NCBI GenBank assembly: GCA_001724265.1
Contig: MEDY01000207.1
Span: forward strand, 1-51,793
Reading direction: 5' to 3'
Source: Rhizaria sp. SCN 62-66
Taxonomy: Eukaryota
DNA: 51,793 nucleotides
Shown piece after piece: positions 33,222 through 45,038 of the stretch. The position numbers and the translations under genes were made by a program. Every line of letters starts with the position of its first letter. The stretch's first letter is position 1. The notes beneath the pieces are model-generated. The model worked only from the letters and a program-made list of their open reading frames with translations. It ran no database searches and was not told where the DNA came from.

Positions 33222-36200
33222 TCAGATGTTCACCGCGTCGGGGTCCTGCATCGCCACCGCGAGCTGCGCCGCCAGCACTTCGTTGACCCCCTCCAGTCCG
33301 TACAGCGCCTCGAATCCGCACTCGGCGTCCGCGCTCTTGCGGCTGCCGCCCGCGGCCGCGCCCGCAGCCACGCTAGACGCGTCCTTGCCCTCGTCCGCGC
33401 CCGCGGCGGCGGTGGAGGAGGCCGCGGCCGCGAGGGCGGCGAGGCGGGCATGCACAGGCACCGCCGCCGCGCCCGCGAGCGTGATGTTGGTGAGCGCGCG
33501 CAGCAGCACCGTGGCGCCCGAGACGGACAGCGCCGCGCTGCCGCCGTTGCCGCTCGCGCCGGAGCCGGAGCCGTTGCTGCTGCCAGCGCGCGCGAGCACG
33601 CTGCTGACCACTGAAGTCAGCACCGGCACAGCAGCACTGGCAGCGTTGGCGTGTGCGTGTGCGCGAGCGTGTGCGTTGCGCGTGCTGCCAGCGGGCTTGG
33701 CGGCGGCGACGGCAAGCGCGGCGGTGGCCTCCGCGGTGGCGGCAAGCACGACAAGCTGCCCCGCGGTCCGCAGCAGGTACGCCTGCACGGGCGGGGTCAC
33801 CACGACGGAGACCGCCGCCGCCGAGGCCGCCGCGGCGTCGGGGCCCGCGGCCACCGAGGCCGAAGTCCACAGCGACTGCGGCGGCGGCAGCGCCACGTGC
33901 GACAGTAGCGACACCACCAGGCGCAGCGCGGCGGCCGCAGATCGGGCCATGGCAGCCGCGGTCGTCGCCGCGGACACCGACGAAGCGCCCGCACCGGCGT
34001 TGGCCACGACGGTCTGAGCATTGCTGCTGCTGTTAGTGATGAGGGCGTGCAGCGCGGTGGCGATGCTCTCGATGCGGGCCCACATCGTGGTGAGCGCGAC
34101 GACGGGCTGCAGCCACAGCAGCGGGCCAGCGCTGTTGGCGTGCGCGGCGGCGACGCCGATGACCGCGACGAGGCGTGCGCGCGCCGCGGCGAACGCGGCC
34201 CACTTGTCGCCTACGGCCGAGGCGCAGCCGCTCGCGCTCGCGTGCTTGATGTGCGCACCGGGAGCGCACCACGCGCCGAGCCCACTGACGACGACGCCGG
34301 CGTTGCCCGCACTCGCACTCGTTGAACTGGCATTGCCCGATCCAAACCCGAGCCCAAAGCCGTTACTGCTGCTGCCGGCGGCGGCGGCGCTGTCGGTGTG
34401 GGTGTGGAGCGAGCGCGTGACCGTGGCGGGCGAGAGCAGTGTCGCGCCGACCTCGCGGGCATACTCGCCGGCGGCGTCAACCGCGGCGGCAACCGTGGCG
34501 GCAACGTACCCGCGCGCGCGGTCCTCGAGTCCACCCCTGAGCGCGAGCGAGACGGCCGCGGCGGGGCGCCCGGCGCGGTGGTGGCCCGCGGCCGCCGCCG
34601 CCGCGACCGCGCGCGCTTCGTCGACTAGTCCGTACTTGGCGCAGAGCGCGAGGAGCTTGTTCGTGGTGGCCGCGGAGTCGGGCGCGGTGCGCGCGACGAG
34701 GACTGCGATGCGCGCGCGGCCCTGCGAGAGGCAGTGCTCGTAGTAAGTCACCGCGAGCGGCCAGAGCGGGGTCCCCGCGTAGGTGTCCGCGAAGGCGACC
34801 AAGTACCACTCGCGCAGGTCGAGCGGCGCGGCGGGGTCGCAAGCCGTCTCGAGCGCGAGGCGGGCCAGCGCGGGCGCGCCCGTGGCAGCGACGGCGGCGC
34901 TGGCGAGCGCGACCGTGGTCGGCAGCGTCGTCTGCGCCGTGTGGGCCAGCAGGTCCGCCAGGTGCGCGCTCAGGAAGGGCAGCCGCACGGCGCCGTGCAC
35001 AGCCTGCAGCGACAGTAGCGCGTCGGTCGACAGGATCGCGAACAGCGCGCAGTCGAACACGCTTGCGGCAGAGGCGTTGGGATTCTTGGCGCTGGCGCTG
35101 GCGTTGGGGGAGATGGTGACGTTCTTGCTGTGGCAAGCCTTGTCGGCGAGCCATGTGACGGCATCGCGGCTCGCCCAGGGCTCCTTGAACGCCAGCGTGG
35201 CGCCCAGTAGCTCGGTCCAGGACTCAGAGGCCGCGGCAAGCGCGGGAGCCTCGCCCGCGAGCAGCTCGAGCAACGGCGCCGTCTCAGGCAGCGCCGCGAA
35301 GACCGCCGACGCGCGCGCGGAGGCGACGTCGCGCTGCCAGAGCAGAAACTGCTGCTGCAGCGCGTCCACGCTCGCGCTCCCACTGACGCCAGACGCGGAG
35401 GAGTAGCCGTTGCTGTTCTCGCCGTCCTCGCCGTCATCGTCGTCGTCGTTGTCGACGTTGGCGTTGGCGTTGAGTGAGGGCAGGGACACGTTGAGCGAGC
35501 TGGCGAGTTCCGCGATGGCGGCGTTGCCGGCGAAGGTGGGGCACGTAAGCACGAGCGTGACGAGCAGCTCGCGCGCGCCGGGCGCCTGCGTCTCGAGCAC
35601 GTCGTTGGCGGCCAGCAGGCGCACGGCATCGACCACGCGCCCGCATGCCAGGAGCCGGCCCACGGCGGCCCAGTACGCCGCGCTGTGTACGCCGCTGCTG
35701 CCGCCGTTGCTGCTGCCTGTAGCAGACGCGATAAAGGTGTTCAGGTACGCGGGGGGCTCGGCGGTGCGCTGGAGCCAGTCCAGGTACTGGGCCGTGATGT
35801 TGGCGTGAGGGTCCAGGTGCGCGATCTCGAACAGGTGCCAGAGCGCCTTGCCCGTCTCCAGCACGCGCAGCGCCGCCAGATCGGGGTACCGCGCGCTGTG
35901 CGTGGCTTGGCCGTTGCTGCTGTTGTTGTTGTGGTTGGCGAGGGCGGCGGCGTGGAGGAAGGCCTCGAGCTCCGCGCGGTAGGCCTTGCTCTGGTGTAAG
36001 AGGTATGCGCGGCGGGTCGCGTCGTCGGTCAGAGTCGGCGCGGTGGCCTGCAGGGCTGCGAAGATGCCGTGCCAGCTCGTCAGCAGCGAACGCAGCAACA
36101 GTGGGTCGTCCGAGTGGCGGTGGAACTGCACCTGCGACGGGGCCGACGCGCTGGCGGCAGCGGCGACGGCGAAGGTGGACCCGGGGCCGAAGGACGCGAC

Positions 36201-36236
36201 GGCCGACGGATGGCCCTTGCTGAGCGGGGCGGACAT
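33222..36236 (-). CDS. NUP85: Nuclear pore Y-complex protein Nup85
   Basis: LWHLFEIAHLD...YLDWLQ; YW..V.RLL..GR...AVRLL; W.ELL.A.L.F..P; AHLADLL; LREWYL..FA; LWPLAVTYYEHC...GR. Confidence 0.82.
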   Translation of the reverse strand: MSAPLSKGHPSAVASFGPGSTFAVAAAASASAPSQVQFHRHSDDPLLLRSLLTSWHGIFAALQATAPTLTDDATRRAYLLHQSKAYRAELEAFLHAAALANHNNNSSNGQATHSARYPDLAALRVLETGKALWHLFEIAHLDPHANITAQYLDWLQRTAEPPAYLNTFIASATGSSNGGSSGVHSAAYWAAVGRLLACGRVVDAVRLLAANDVLETQAPGARELLVTLVLTCPTFAGNAAIAELASSLNVSLPSLNANANVDNDDDDDGEDGENSNGYSSASGVSGSASVDALQQQFLLWQRDVASARASAVFAALPETAPLLELLAGEAPALAAASESWTELLGATLAFKEPWASRDAVTWLADKACHSKNVTISPNASASAKNPNASAASVFDCALFAILSTDALLSLQAVHGAVRLPFLSAHLADLLAHTAQTTLPTTVALASAAVAATGAPALARLALETACDPAAPLDLREWYLVAFADTYAGTPLWPLAVTYYEHCLSQGRARIAVLVARTAPDSAATTNKLLALCAKYGLVDEARAVAAAAAAGHHRAGRPAAAVSLALRGGLEDRARGYVAATVAAAVDAAGEYAREVGATLLSPATVTRSLHTHTDSAAAAGSSSNGFGLGFGSGNASSTSASAGNAGVVVSGLGAWCAPGAHIKHASASGCASAVGDKWAAFAAARARLVAVIGVAAAHANSAGPLLWLQPVVALTTMWARIESIATALHALITNSSSNAQTVVANAGAGASSVSAATTAAAMARSAAAALRLVVSLLSHVALPPPQSLWTSASVAAGPDAAAASAAAVSVVVTPPVQAYLLRTAGQLVVLAATAEATAALAVAAAKPAGSTRNAHARAHAHANAASAAVPVLTSVVSSVLARAGSSNGSGSGASGNGGSAALSVSGATVLLRALTNITLAGAAAVPVHARLAALAAAASSTAAAGADEGKDASSVAAGAAAGGSRKSADAECGFEALYGLEGVNEVLAAQLAVAMQDPDAVNI

Positions 36237-36956
36237 CTGTAGGACTGTCGGTGCCAGCAGAGTCTTTGAGAAACGGAAACGGGTGGGGTCTGTTGTTGAT
36301 GGTCAGTGAGGTTGTTGTTAGTAAGGGCAATGACAGGGATGGGAGAAGAAGAGCGGGTCGGCAACAGTCGAGCAGTTGTGAGACAGGAGAGGTGAATGCA
36401 GAGGATAGATGAGATCTGTTTGAAAAAGTGTGAGTACAAAAAAACACATCGCAATCATGCAGTACTGATGACCTCCGTATCATTTCTAATGACGGATGTT
36501 GGAGATGTGGCTTAATGTCCAGAAGCAAGGAGCTGTTGCGCTGCCTGTCTACCGGTTAGCGAGACCGAGGACACGCTTGCACTAAAGGATATATGATATA
36601 GGCAGCTAGTAACCGCAACATCGTAAGTAAGGGAATGTAACCACCACAATGGGATATACTGACGTCGAAGGATGCGTTCAGAGGCTCTTGTTTACGTGCG
36701 CTAGATGTGTTTGCGAGGTCTCTCCAGTGTGTTTGAGGTCGATGACCGTGGGAGTTCGAGAGGCCTCGGACCAGGTTGAGTCGCGTTCGGGAATGAGGAA
36801 ATACGTCATCAAAAATCCGACAGTAGCATTGCGCACACTGGCACACATTTGAACACAACGCGAATATTATATTCCTTTAATAATCACTCTTGTGAACCTC
36901 TTTCTCATGCGACCATCACCTCCTTTTATCCTTCCTCTTGCTCAGACCGAGTGCCT

Positions 36957-38667
36957 ATGTCCAAGGATCTCGCAAAGTCCACCCTGGACCACCTAAACTG
37001 TACGTCATGCATTAACAACACTTATTTATGGATATAATAATAGCGACTCTACCGTGCTATTTTGGTTTTGTTGTCATTGACGTATGTCTTTATGGTAGAC
37101 TACCGCGTTTCAGCCGCTCACTCTCGTTTCACAATGCTTGCTCTGTGCTCCCTGTCTCCCTCTGCATATGCACTCACACCCGCTTCTCTTACGTATTTCT
37201 TTAACATAGTCTTTGACAACATGATGTCACGGACGTCCTTCGCCAAGCGTCGCACCCTGGAGGAGCCCAACATCAACGCCAAGGTACGCACACAGCGCTT
37301 TTGCACAACGCAAACCTTGCGACAGTTGCTTTCGTTCCCCTGTCTCTGTCCGCTGCTCTTGAATCGTACCCAACCATAACATCACTGGGACATTGCGGAT
37401 ATAACGCACACTTGCACTGTTTACGATATATGCTTTCTTCTGTTCCGCATTGATACTCAATCTCTAGCTTTTGTGACTCACACCTTAATATTCACCAATC
37501 GCAATTGCCTTTCTCTGTTTCGCCCCGCGCGCACAGTACCTGTTCAAGCGCGACGGCTGCGCCCCCGGCGTGAACAAGCAGGACCCCAACGCGGACCCCA
37601 AGGCGCTTGCGGCCGCCAAGAAGGCCAAGAAGGCGGCCAAGGAGGCCCACGCGCGCGGCGCCAAGCGTGCCCTCCAGGCCGACGACGTCGACGCCGACGC
37701 CTCCGAGCCCGAGGCCGAAGAGGAGGAGGAAAGCGACGATGACTCGAGCGAGGCCGTGTCCGCGCAGCCGAAGCGCCAGTCCGAGGCTGAGCTCAAGTTC
37801 CAGGCGAACCAGAGCCGTCTCGTGCCGATCAACTACGCGACGCTGGACGAGCTGAAGCAGCGCATCCGCGACAAGGTCGAGGCGTCGCGGGTCACACGCG
37901 AGGCCGGCGAGGGCAAGCGCGCGTTGATCAAGGCCAAGCGTGCGGAGAAGGCGGCGCGCGAGAAGGCCAAGGCGAAGAAGAAGGCCGGCGAGAACGCGGG
38001 CACGGTGCAGCAGCAGCAGAAGGCGCGCCAGGGCGACGACAAGAATGGCAAGGCCGACGCTGACGCCGCGTCCAACGGCGCCAACGTCGCGCACAAGAGC
38101 AAGCGGCCGCGGCCGACGCTGGCGCCGGACGCGGCGGCGCTCAAGACGGACGCGAGCAAGATCGGCCTCGAGCTGCAGTTCGGCGCCGTCGCCGTGCCGC
38201 AGAAGGTCAAGGACCTGGAGAAGGCGCTGTCCACCACGGACTCGGGCGCTCCCGTCCGCGGGTCCGGCAGCGCGGGCGCGGCGCTGGCCAAGATCCGCGA
38301 GGAGAAGGCGGCTCTGGCGCGGCTGCGCGAGAGCGGCAAGGTGGCCGAGGCCGAGGCGCTGGAGCAGAAGAGCAAGATGGAGAAGCTGCTGATGCTGGCG
38401 CAGGGCGGCAAGGTGGTCGACTCGGAGAAGCGGCTGCGCAAGGAGAAGAAGGATGGCAAGAGCAAGAAGGAGGAGAGCGAGAAGAAGTGGAAGGCGCAGA
38501 AGAAGGGCGAGGAGACGCAGCGCAACAAGGCGGCGGCGACGCGCGAGAGCAACGTCAAGGCGCGCCTCGAGAAGCGCATGCAGCAGAAGCAGGGCACGTA
38601 CAAGAAGCCCAAGAAGCCCGTCAAGAAGGACGGCAAGGGCGGCAAGGGCAAGGGCAGCAAGAAGTAA
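36957..38667 (+). CDS. SURF6: SURF6/RRP14 nucleolar ribosome biogenesis protein. Exons 36957-36999, 37210-37283, 37537-38667
   Basis: Spliced N-terminus LDHLNFFDNMMS resembles Rrp14-N. Lys-rich C-terminus with AQGGKVVDSEKRLRK..K.KK.ES.KKW...RESNVKAR (SURF6 domain). Confidence 0.82.
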
Positions 38668-39183
38668 GCGGCCAGCCCAGCATGACCTGCTTTGTCGCAT
38701 TCCGCGCGCGCTGTAACACTGTGCTCGCTCCATCTTTTTTGTTATTGTTAACTAGTACACCTAAGTATGACGTTTGATGTTGGTATATTGATATAGTAGA
38801 AACGAAAAAATAAAGACTTTTAAACTATAATCACTTGCTTTATATTTCGTTCTTGTATCTTTGGTGTATCTATTCGATGTTTTAGCAGACGTGACACGTG
38901 TGTCTGTGTCAACGGCCAGCGTCGCTGGCTTCATGATGCTCGTCAGCTGGGGTTTCGATGAAGCATTTTTGCAAGGGGTGTTTGTAGTGCTCCAATCGTC
39001 AGATTGATATGTCGTACTGTTAATTTGTTTGAATAGCGGTATAAATGCAATTTCGATTTTCCTTATTTCGCCAAAACGTATTTGTCCCCACTTTTGCGTA
39101 CTTTTCTCACCCCCCCCACATACACGATCACCACCCCCACGTTGCGTTCGTCGCCCCACTTTGCCTCGCTGCCATCCAGTCGC

Positions 39184-39949
39184 ATGTCCTCCTCCGAGCC
39201 CCAGAGCTCTTCCCTCGCCGCGCCCTCTGGCGCCGACGCCGGGTCCGACCGCATCTCGTACGACGGCTACGCCCCGCAGTCGTACATGGACAGGCACGTG
39301 GTGCGCCACCTGCGCCACATGCGCGACAAGGAGTACATCCGCATCGCCTGGCGCAACTGCAAGGAGTACTCCGCCGTCTACCAGGCCTGCACTGAGAGTA
39401 CGTTTACATGACTGCAATGCACACACGAAGTGCCATTCTGATTCAGCTTGATTGGCATGCACTATAGCTGTTGGAAGTGCCGGCTTCGTCGAAGGATGCT
39501 GCGCTTTCGCAGATTGTCTCTGTTTGCTAACGGACTATTTACCCATTATTCTTATTGGACGTTATTTGTTTTGCATTATAGAGCACCCCTACCTGGCTCC
39601 GTTTAAGTGCCGCGACTCTCTCAACGAGATGAAGGTCTGCATCAACCGTCAGTACGTCACAGCCACATAGTGTCCTCCCATCAAGCTGATATTGTACTAT
39701 ATAATATACATTGGTACTGCCTGCTTTTTGTGACGTTTATGTTATTTTATCATGTTGCTATGTGCACTAACCTTCCTCTTTCTTTTGTTTTGTGTTGTTC
39801 CGTGTCTGTCTCTGTGCCCTCTCAGGATGGTGCGCCAGCGCGAGCAGGCGGTCGAGATCGACCGTGTCCCCACCGTCGACCCATCGCAGCTCATTGACAT
39901 TGACACCGCGTCGAAGCAGCTTGGCAGCGATGTCACCAAGGGACAGTGA
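39184..39949 (+). CDS. Twin CX9C mitochondrial intermembrane protein (Cmc1-like). Exons 39184-39397, 39582-39651, 39826-39949
   Basis: Spliced sequence C-KEYSAVYQA-C-TEKHPYLAPFK-C-RDSLNEMKV-C; two GTACGT...AG introns keep the frame. Confidence 0.82.
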
Positions 39950-41352
39950 GCGTGTCGTTGTGAAAACCATACCTACCTGTAATCCTTGACACACGAAAAG
40001 CAGCTGTCGAGGGACTTAGGGTTGCATTCAGGGGGAAGTTGTCAGAAGGAAATATTAATAGATTTACGCAGTATGTTGTCTGTGACGGCGACAATGCAGG
40101 TGGTAAGCACGAATTCCGCCCACTGTCGCAGTCACTGAGTGTTGCAGGGGTACGGCACCGGCCATTCGTGCTGTCTGTATTGCCATTGTATCTTAAGTCA
40201 TTGACTTGTGGGGATTATTGAGGACTTGGGGGCACCCGATTTCATGACTTCAATACAAAACCATATAATTTATTCACGTTTATTCGTTCTTTCTTGAAAC
40301 AACCTTCTCGGCATCATTGCATTTCTGGACGTTCGGCGATGTTTGATGATCAATAAACCAACACACGCGCAGATAAAGCTTTGAAAGTTGACTTGACATA
40401 TCGCAATACGCGTAACGTGGGATGATTTAAGTCAGAAATACACAGAGACATGATGATAGGCTGTCTCACGTGATCGACCAATCTTGCGGTCGCAATGGAC
40501 CAACGGACATCCAGTTTTAGCGAACGAAGTCAGGAGAGATATGGCACATATCCATCATAACTAGCCCAAAGCTGTTGTATTATTGATGGAATTATCAGCT
40601 TTGCGCTGTATTTAGAATTGAACGATCTGGAGCTGCTGTATTCGACACTTTGTGTTCAATGCTCAAATTACGATCTGCATTGGCACAACACACATTCGGA
40701 GCATTTCCAGAGCTATACAACCGAATCACATTGATTTATTTTATGTATACAAGAATCTATTGCTAAAAAGCAGTATGACCGTAGCATTTTCTGAAAAGAA
40801 ATTGTTAGCACATGTTTCTTCTGGGAAAGCTGCGTTGCTGACAGAGATGAGGGGCAACGCTATTTCATCAAAAGTGGATAATCTGCAGCTTAAAACCTAT
40901 TAAATCAGTTGAAATTATAAATCCCCAATGGAAATCTTAAGGAAACCAGCATACTAACATTTTACTTATTTGTAACGATGAATTACCGAGATATCGCGAG
41001 TTGGACACATTGTTGCGATCTTTGCTTTTAGAAGGCACCACGGATCGCGCTGGAGGTTTTGTCATTTCGCTCTCTGGGGAGAGTTTTATTATTACAGAGT
41101 TCTTCTTCCAATGTGACTATGATAGCAATATTATTCTTGATTGCAGTAGTATCAAAGCGGAAATATAATATATTAAATATATGCGCGAGAAAATCATTGT
41201 TACAAGTCAGATCTCTTATATTTTCGTTTCGGCCCCTTCTTGCCCATACGTGTAGCCCCTTCGCAACCTTGTAGTTTGGCGTTGTTTGACTTCGATTACA
41301 AGCTTCTAAGCCTCCAATCCTTCTATTAATAATCCGCCACAACTTTTCAACA

Positions 41353-44300
41353 ATGACTGCGCAGACGTCGTTTTTGACACGCCGTATTATGACAGGACGG
41401 TTCTCTCACTTTTCGCTGCTCTTGGTTGCGGTCATTGCCGCGGCGGCTCTGAGTAGCACCTACGTCGCCGCCGCCGGTTTCGTCCAAGCCTCTCTCTCTG
41501 CCGCATACGACTTTACCGATGGCTACACCGCCTCTGGTGGCGTTGAAGTTCCGCTTAGCGTTTCTACCGCGAACCAGATCGCCAACGGTCTGGGCGAGTT
41601 GCTGTTCAGTGACTCGAACAAAGCCACGACCTGGAGTCAAGATGTACGTCTCTCTCTCACGCCATGGACTTGCATTGAAATTAAATTATTATTTCATGCG
41701 GTAAAATATCAATTACATTTGTTTTCACTTTTATTATTTTGATTTTGTTTGTACACATTTAGGGCCCGTACTACGGTGTTTCATTCGATGGCACCTCTGC
41801 ATCGTCGCTCACCAGCGCCGCCACTATCACCGAGGCGATTGATTCCCTCAACCCTTCGCCCTATGACCCGTCAATTGTGGTCCACGCTATTATCACCCCT
41901 GCGTCCACAACCGCTATGTACGCGCCGCTGCTTGCCATCGGCGAGTCCTTCTCGGCCGAGGAGAGCGGCTCCGGCACCGAGGACTGCAGCAAGGTCACCC
42001 TCGTTCTCGTCCAGAACAACCACCTGCTCCGTCTTCTGGGAAACACGCCCAACTCCACGCGCTGTGTAGAACTGTACAGCACCGCTTTGCCCACCACGCG
42101 CCCGCTCGCGCCCGTGAACGTGGCGCTCAACGTGCGTGAGACCGAACCCGGCGTACTGCGCGCGACCATCGCCGTCGACGGACTGCTCACCAGCGCCTCG
42201 CCCGTCGACTCGGAGCTCACGCTCGCGGCCGACACGCTCAAGCAGAAGCTCACCGTTGCACCCGCGGCCGCCGGCGCTGTGTCGCAGTGGCGTGGCACGG
42301 TGCACCACATCGCCGCATACTTGGGCCGCTCTATCGGCAACACTGACTTCAAGGCCATCACCAACGCTGTGCTGCCCGTGCTGCCGCCGCGCCTCGCCCC
42401 GCGCGTGGCCGCCAAGGCCGACGGCAGCGTCACCGCGATGGCCGGCGGCCTGCTGGTCGCCGAGCACAGCGGTCTTGGTTTCACCGTTGGCAGCGACATC
42501 ATCAGCGCCGGCGACGGCGCCATCTCCGAGGTGACCGTGAGCAGTGTCAGCAGCGAGAGCTTCTGGGCCTGCTACTCGCTCACGGTCACCCCCACTGGGT
42601 CCGACGCCGCGGTCACAATCTCTGAGTCGTCCCAGCTCCCCGTGACTGTGAGCAGCTCGAGCGTGCTTACGGTCACCAGCACCGGCGACTACAAGACTTG
42701 CATCACTCCGGCCCCCGTCGCGACGCACATCAACGTCGTCGCGCGTACGGTCATCCTCCCCTCAAACGCCGCCGCCTCGGCGCCGCAGGTGACCGCAAAC
42801 GAGACGCGCTACTCGTCGTGGTGGCCGGTCGCGCAGTCAGTCGCCGTCTCCGTGTCGGACGCGTCGCCGCCCACCGCGGTGGACCTGACCACAAAGCTCA
42901 CCGCGCGCACGCGCCGCTGGCTGGAGCCCTTCACGGGCGCTAACAACGACGCCTCGCTGCAGATGATCTCGGCCAAGATCACCGCACTGCCCAGCTCTTC
43001 GGCGTTTGCGCTGTACAGCTGGGACGCACAGGCCGCCGCTCTGGGCCCCGCCAGCGAGGCCGCGGCCGCAAAGGTCCTCAACGAGTCCTACTGGCAGCGC
43101 ATCACCGCCGTGCCTTTCACTGTCGCGGCCACCAAGCTGCCCGGCGAGACCGCGTCTTCGTTCAAGGTCGCCGTCAAGCACACGTACACCACGGCAAGCA
43201 CCGTCGCGCCTGCCGCCCCGCTAAGCTCCGCCGAGCTTGAGGCCAGCGCGTTCACATTTACTGTGACGAGCGAGAATGGCCGCGAGTCCGAGCCCACGAC
43301 GCGCTCGCTGAGTGCTGAGACTTGGGTGACCGTGCGCGCCAACGCCCCCGGCTCCAGCCCCGCGAGCGTGGTGTCGGTGCAGCCGCTGACAACGACCGTG
43401 ATCACCGCACCCTTTGCTGACGCGGCCGCCGAGGCCAACGTGGCGTCCGCGCTGGGTCACAGTCAGCCCGCGGAGTCTACAACTCCGGACTACATCAGCC
43501 TCGTGATCACCTCGCTGCCCACGGTTGGCACGCTCATGGTCCCCGTCACCCACACCACCAGCATCAACAGCGCTGACAATAGCGATGTCAGCGAGTACAT
43601 TGACCACAGCGGCGTCGACGATAACGCGCAGAGGCGCGCTAAGACAACTGCGGACGTGCTTGCAACGCTGTCCCAGACACATCCGCACCTCAAGACGGCG
43701 TCGTTCAGCACCAAGCTGGCCGCTCTGGTCCGTCTCACCGGCCGCTCTCCGCGCGCGGCCAACCGCCTCCTCCGCGGCGGCGACGACGAGGACGAGTTTG
43801 CCACGGCTGCCACGCCGGTCGCGATGCGCAACCTGACCGAGGAGGACCTGCCGTTCGCGACTGCGGGGCCCACGGTCACCTACCGCGCGCCCGACGGCGT
43901 GCAGAGCCGCCTCAACGCACCAGTTTCGGACTCGTTCACGTACTTCGCATACGACCGCCGCTACGGCGTCGCCGCGTCGGAGGCCACCACAACCGCGGTC
44001 ACGCTTGCTGTGATCACGAACGCACCCAAGCTGCGCCCGCAGACCACACCGAACGTCTCCAACACCGGCGCCGTGACCGACGCTGAGGTCAAGCTGGCGT
44101 ACAACGACGAGGAGAGCGCGCTTCGGATCAAGGTGGGCAGCTCGCTGTCGCTGAACATGACGTTCAGCGACTCCGACGAGGGCGACATGAGCGCGAGCAC
44201 CGTCGACGTTGTCATCACGTGCAACTGCGGCGGCCTGCGTTTCAGCCTCAACGGCACGCAGGCGGAAACAAGCGCGATCGTGCTCGAGTCGACCGAGCTC

Positions 44301-45038
44301 GTTGGCACGCTCTCGTTCTCGGCCCGCATGGGCAACCTGCAGTCGGCGCTGGACCTTGTGACCATGACTGCCGTGGGCGCAACGGGCAGCGGGCCGATCC
44401 GCGTGACGGCGACTGCAACCGAGACGAGCGAGACGGGCAAGGGCACCGCCTCGACGGCCTTCTACGTCAACGCCTGGGACATCAAGTACGGCGGCGCGAC
44501 CGGGTTCAGCGGGATCATCTTCACGATTGTGATGTTCGTCGCCGTGCCCGTCGTTGGGCTGGTGCTGCTTTGGGTTCTGCTCAAGTGCTGCGGCCGCCGC
44601 ATCAAGCGCGCGCTCTGCGGTCCCAGCGCCAAGGAGCAGGCCGAGCTGGACGCCAAGAACAAGCAGGAGGCCGAGGCCGTTAAGTCCAGCGGGCTGGCCA
44701 ACTGCCCTAGCCCCACGTCGTCGTTCGACGGCATGGGCAGCTTCGGCGCCCCCAGCAGCCCGTCGTCGGGCACGAACAACTTCTACATCATCACCACGGC
44801 CTCCCCCGAGGCGACGCTCAGCGCGGCCGACGTGCAGGCTATGCTCTCCCAGCTCCCGGCGTCGCCGAACCAGACCTTTACGCACCACGCGATGGCGGTT
44901 ACCATGCCGGCCAACTTGAACAGGAAGGTGCCTCCGCTGCCCCATGGTGCGGTTAAGCCCGGCGTGGGGGCGCCGATGCCGCCGCCCTACAAGCTCCGCG
45001 ACGACGACGTCAGCGGCGCACAGCCGGCGTCGCAGTGA
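41353..45038 (+). CDS. Type I cell-surface protein (~1190 aa): signal peptide, beta-rich ectodomain, single TM, PPPY tail. Exons 41353-41643, 41763-45038
   Basis: N-terminal hydrophobic signal FSLLLVAVIAAAALS; phase-0 GTACGT intron; TM IIFTIVMFVAVPVVGLVLLWVLL followed by KCCGRR; C-terminal PMPPPY. Confidence 0.85.

Noticed and set aside
36680-36820. TGATGA...CTGA pair on the minus strand between NUP85 and SURF6
   Set aside because: Imperfect C box context, weak 4-bp stem, long spacing and no convincing guide.
40430-40540. ACAGAGA and ATGATGA words suggesting U6 or a snoRNA
   Set aside because: No flanking U6 sequence and no downstream CTGA box.
40000-41345. Short ORFs in the AT-rich spacer
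   Set aside because: Codon usage is unlike real genes and there are no motifs or consistent splice structure.
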